A stretch of 64,000 nucleotides of DNA from Glycera tridactyla (taxonomy: Eukaryota). Made by a program: the position numbers and the translations under genes. Every line of letters begins with the position of its first letter. Position 1 is the first letter of the stretch. Below the pieces are notes generated by a model. It was not told where the DNA came from and made no database searches. It saw nothing but the letters and a program-made list of their open reading frames with translations. The stretch spans positions 19,902,001 through 19,966,000 of the forward strand of contig OZ286466.1 in the NCBI GenBank assembly GCA_965644265.1. Reading direction: 5' to 3'. Below are positions 60,628 to 64,000 of this stretch, in pieces.

Positions 60628-63600
60628 GTGAGTTCTAGGTCACATAACCAGTGATGCATTTTCACCAGAATGATGATGCATCCTTGGGACCTCAACTGAC
60701 TGTTCAGATTGGGTCCTGTGATGCATCATGTGAGTCCTGATATGGATAAAAGGGCACCAGAAATGCATCCCATACCATATGACCATTTCTTTCACAAAAA
60801 CATGTTCATGAAGTAATGCTCCTGAACGTAATCATCGGTTTTAACATCACAGATCATCAATGTGCATGAGAACTGCCTCATCCTTTGGCATCTCAGGGAC
60901 TCATCAGTGACTTGACTGGTGAGTCCTCCTTCATTTAGAGTGCATGAAATGAGCAGGATGCGCCGAAAATGCATCACTGCATAATATGAGCACATCAATG
61001 GAGTCTCCAATCCAGTGCATGTCGACTGGGATATCAAAACTCGGACGTGTGTGTGTGTGTGTGTGTGTGTGAGAACCTGTGCCTGCATGCACGTAAAAGA
61101 TCCAGTATATGACACTTCCAGGACTAGAACTTGTCGATTCCTTTAGAGGCCATCGAATCGCTCTTTATATTTCAACAATTGTTCTCGAGGAACCAATGAA
61201 GGAGATTAGATGAAGTAGGCATAAGATTCGGCAAGTCTGTATTTCATGAGATGCATCAAAATTTAAGATTAGAGGATGTCATACTGAGCGATGCATTTTC
61301 TGACGCATCCTGCGTACTATGCGTTAGATCTAAATGAAAGGAGGGGGGTACTTTCAGTTAAGCTACTGATAAATCCCTGTAATTCAGGGGAAACTAGTAG
61401 GTTCCATGCACTCATGCGACCTGTAATGATAGAACTGGAGGATATTTTCTTGGACTTACGCTGAACAGTCCCAAGGGTGCATCATCATACTGGTCAACAT
61501 ACATCGCTGTACAGTATATCGCTTTTTCATAATAACTCAATCACACACCGATCTACATCACCAAATGCTTGCCCTTGTTTCAAGCACTGCACTTTGCGAA
61601 GAAAAAGCATAGCTATCGGACTTGGGGGTCAGCTTGCAGTCGTTGGCATATGCCATCTTTAGGTTCATTACGTTCATGTTGTGTAGTTTGGAGTTGTGTC
61701 TGAACTGTCAGCTACTTCCACTTGACAACCTTTCAGGCTAAATCATCTTGCGTTCGAGTTTGTGAGAGTGATGTCTCAATGAGGGAGAACTTCCACCTTT
61801 CATTGACCAGGAACACACGGCGTACGTGATGTTCTAGGTCCATACATGCCTATAAACCTCAAACAAACAAACAAACAAATCACTAAGTGGAGCGATTGAA
61901 ATATTAGTTCCCCACCTGGGTCAATATCGGAGGTTATCTTTGACAGGCAGAGGTACCTGTGACTTAGCCTTGTTATCAACAATGTGCTTACAATCATTAG
62001 GTGTCGGGATGCATCAGGTAATTCGTCAAACAGCTTTCGGTGAAAGTATACATGTACATATCACAATGGCTGCTATCGTGTGTTTTCATGCGAGCTTTTT
62101 TGACGGACTATGTTATTGTTGACTGGCATGTAAAATTGGCAATAATTGCATCTTTTTTTGTCTGCATAGGAACAAAAAGATGTGAAAACAGTGACGCCAG
62201 CGAGGATTGTTGAGGTTTGTGCAGTCAATTCCACTTTTTTTGATGGCACGTCTGATCATTTTTGTTATTTTCTATTCAGTTATGTACAAGTTTTCAGAAA
62301 ATTTTCTGAATTCTTGGAATTTGTCACAAAATTCAAAGTCAAAAAGTTTCTGCAATCAGGCTGAAAGTTTAAAATCGGTTAAAAAGTGCTTTGGGGAGTA
62401 TTGTGGGGGTAGTTTCAGGAAATTCTGTTCCAGCGCTGCGCACTTGCATCCCTATTACTTGATATCCTGAGGGAAGATGTGCTGAAGAGCATGATCCTCA
62501 CATTATGGCCACAGTACAGTCCCAGATCACAGTGTGATAACACTTTCCATTGATGACGAGATTGTAAATAGTTGCTCTCATCAAGCCCCCATCACTGTCG
62601 ACACTGCGGATTGTTTGAAGTCGTGCATCGACGCTGTTCTACGTCCTGGTCGGCAGTCACACGCCCGATGGCTCCACGCTTCTTAGAAGGTTACGTCGCC
62701 TCAATAAATGGGCATGAGCTGCATTCTCACAGATTTCTGATGACAACCGAGTCGTATATATCAGCTGTGATCATACCAACTGTGGTACAAATGTGAGAAC
62801 TGTGAGAAGTAGGCCCCGCTCTTGTTCTTCCTGATAAAATCCCGAAAACGAGGGCAATGGAAGAAGTGGAATTGATTGTAGTTTATGCTCGCATATACAT
62901 CATTCATATCATATACTCACATGTTTAATCACAAGTCCTGAAGGTTGAATTTCATTCTTTTGAAGGAATGATACTGTGGGCTTTGATTGTGGTTCCTGTT
63001 ATTCATTCTACTAATCAGTTTATGATACAATCACTAAGCAGCCAAAAAATATCATGTACCTTATATAGTTGGACCCCTCTTTGAAGACCACCTTCGGTTT
63101 CATAAAAAGTGGTCTTTATAGGGAGATGGTTTAATAGAGGGGTCGTTTACTGTCGAATATGCTTCAGCTCAGGGTGGTCTTCATAGGGAGTGGTCTTTAT
63201 ATAGAGGTGGTATTTAGAGGAGGTTCGACTGTATATTCACTCGCATGCTATAACGTATCCACTGCATTTGGGTCAATTGGGTTAGGACACAGACCATGGT
63301 CAGTGCTATCAACCGGAACCTTGGCAACAGCACCGGCAAATAAACTATGTCAAATCCAAATGTGGCGAGTACATTTCAGTCGCTAATTTCGCCATTTCTC
63401 GTCCGGTTTTAGTTTTAATGGCACGAATGCAGCGTATAGATCTTCCGACGATCAATGACCCGGTTTGAGGTAATCTGCATGCGTTTGAAGAGGATAAGCA
63501 TTTTTCGGCGAATCCGCTGGCCTTATCGGCGACTATTTGTATGTGAAACAGATAAAGTTGTGAAATGGCACATCAAACCATATATCTTGTGCCCAGCAGG

Positions 63601-64000
63601 CACAACGAATTCTCCATACTTTGATATGATTACATGGTTCGAAGCACACACAAATCCGAAATGGCACATGAAATCTGCATCAATGTGCCCGAAAGACCTA
63701 TACATATTCCGGAGCAAGAAAATCGCAGTGCAGCAGACAGAGTTCCACAATTTTGGTACAATGCTTGAGTGTCAGCTTCCAATCAGTTGCATAGATAAAT
63801 ATGCCATCTTCAGGTCAGCTGTGTTCATTTCCAGGAGTGAGAGTCAGAGGTGTGTCTGAACCGACATCCAATTCCAATTGACAACCTTTCTGGTTCTCCC
63901 TCAACTTGTGTTCAGGGTTTGTGAGAGTGATGTCTACAGGGGAGAGAATATCAAGCTTTCATTGGCCAGGGACACGCGGTATACATAATTGTCTAGGTTG

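Overview
Repeat-rich animal (invertebrate-type) genomic DNA in which many simple repeats are replaced by N. The six-frame ORF track misses the main gene because it is split into short exons. By reading splice sites I assembled a complete + strand METTL24-like (Methyltransf_22/FkbM-type SAM methyltransferase) type II membrane protein gene: signal-anchor exon 15980-16111, then exons 37087-37283, 39300-39431, 40230-40304, 40971-41109, 42889-43011 and 43597-43782. All intron phases are compatible and all junctions are GT-AG. The most striking feature lies between the anchor exon and the catalytic domain: six paralogous, frame-symmetric candidate microexons of 27-39 nt (16817, 18552, 21055, 30834, 31470, 33489) plus one copy that has lost its acceptor (20378). 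Most sit in tandem-duplicated ~0.6-0.7 kb intron+exon units and together encode a ~70% P/E/V/K stalk that could be length- and charge-tuned by splicing. The first coding exon of a tandem paralog lies at 60499-60627. The rest is non-LTR retrotransposon fragments (one with an intact 612-codon RT ORF), several MITE families (one nested three levels deep), a (TA)n-anchored repeat in direct and inverted copies, a SINE-like element, minisatellites with higher-order structure, and microsatellites. There are no rRNA, tRNA or CRISPR features. All gene models rest on sequence reading alone, without transcript evidence.
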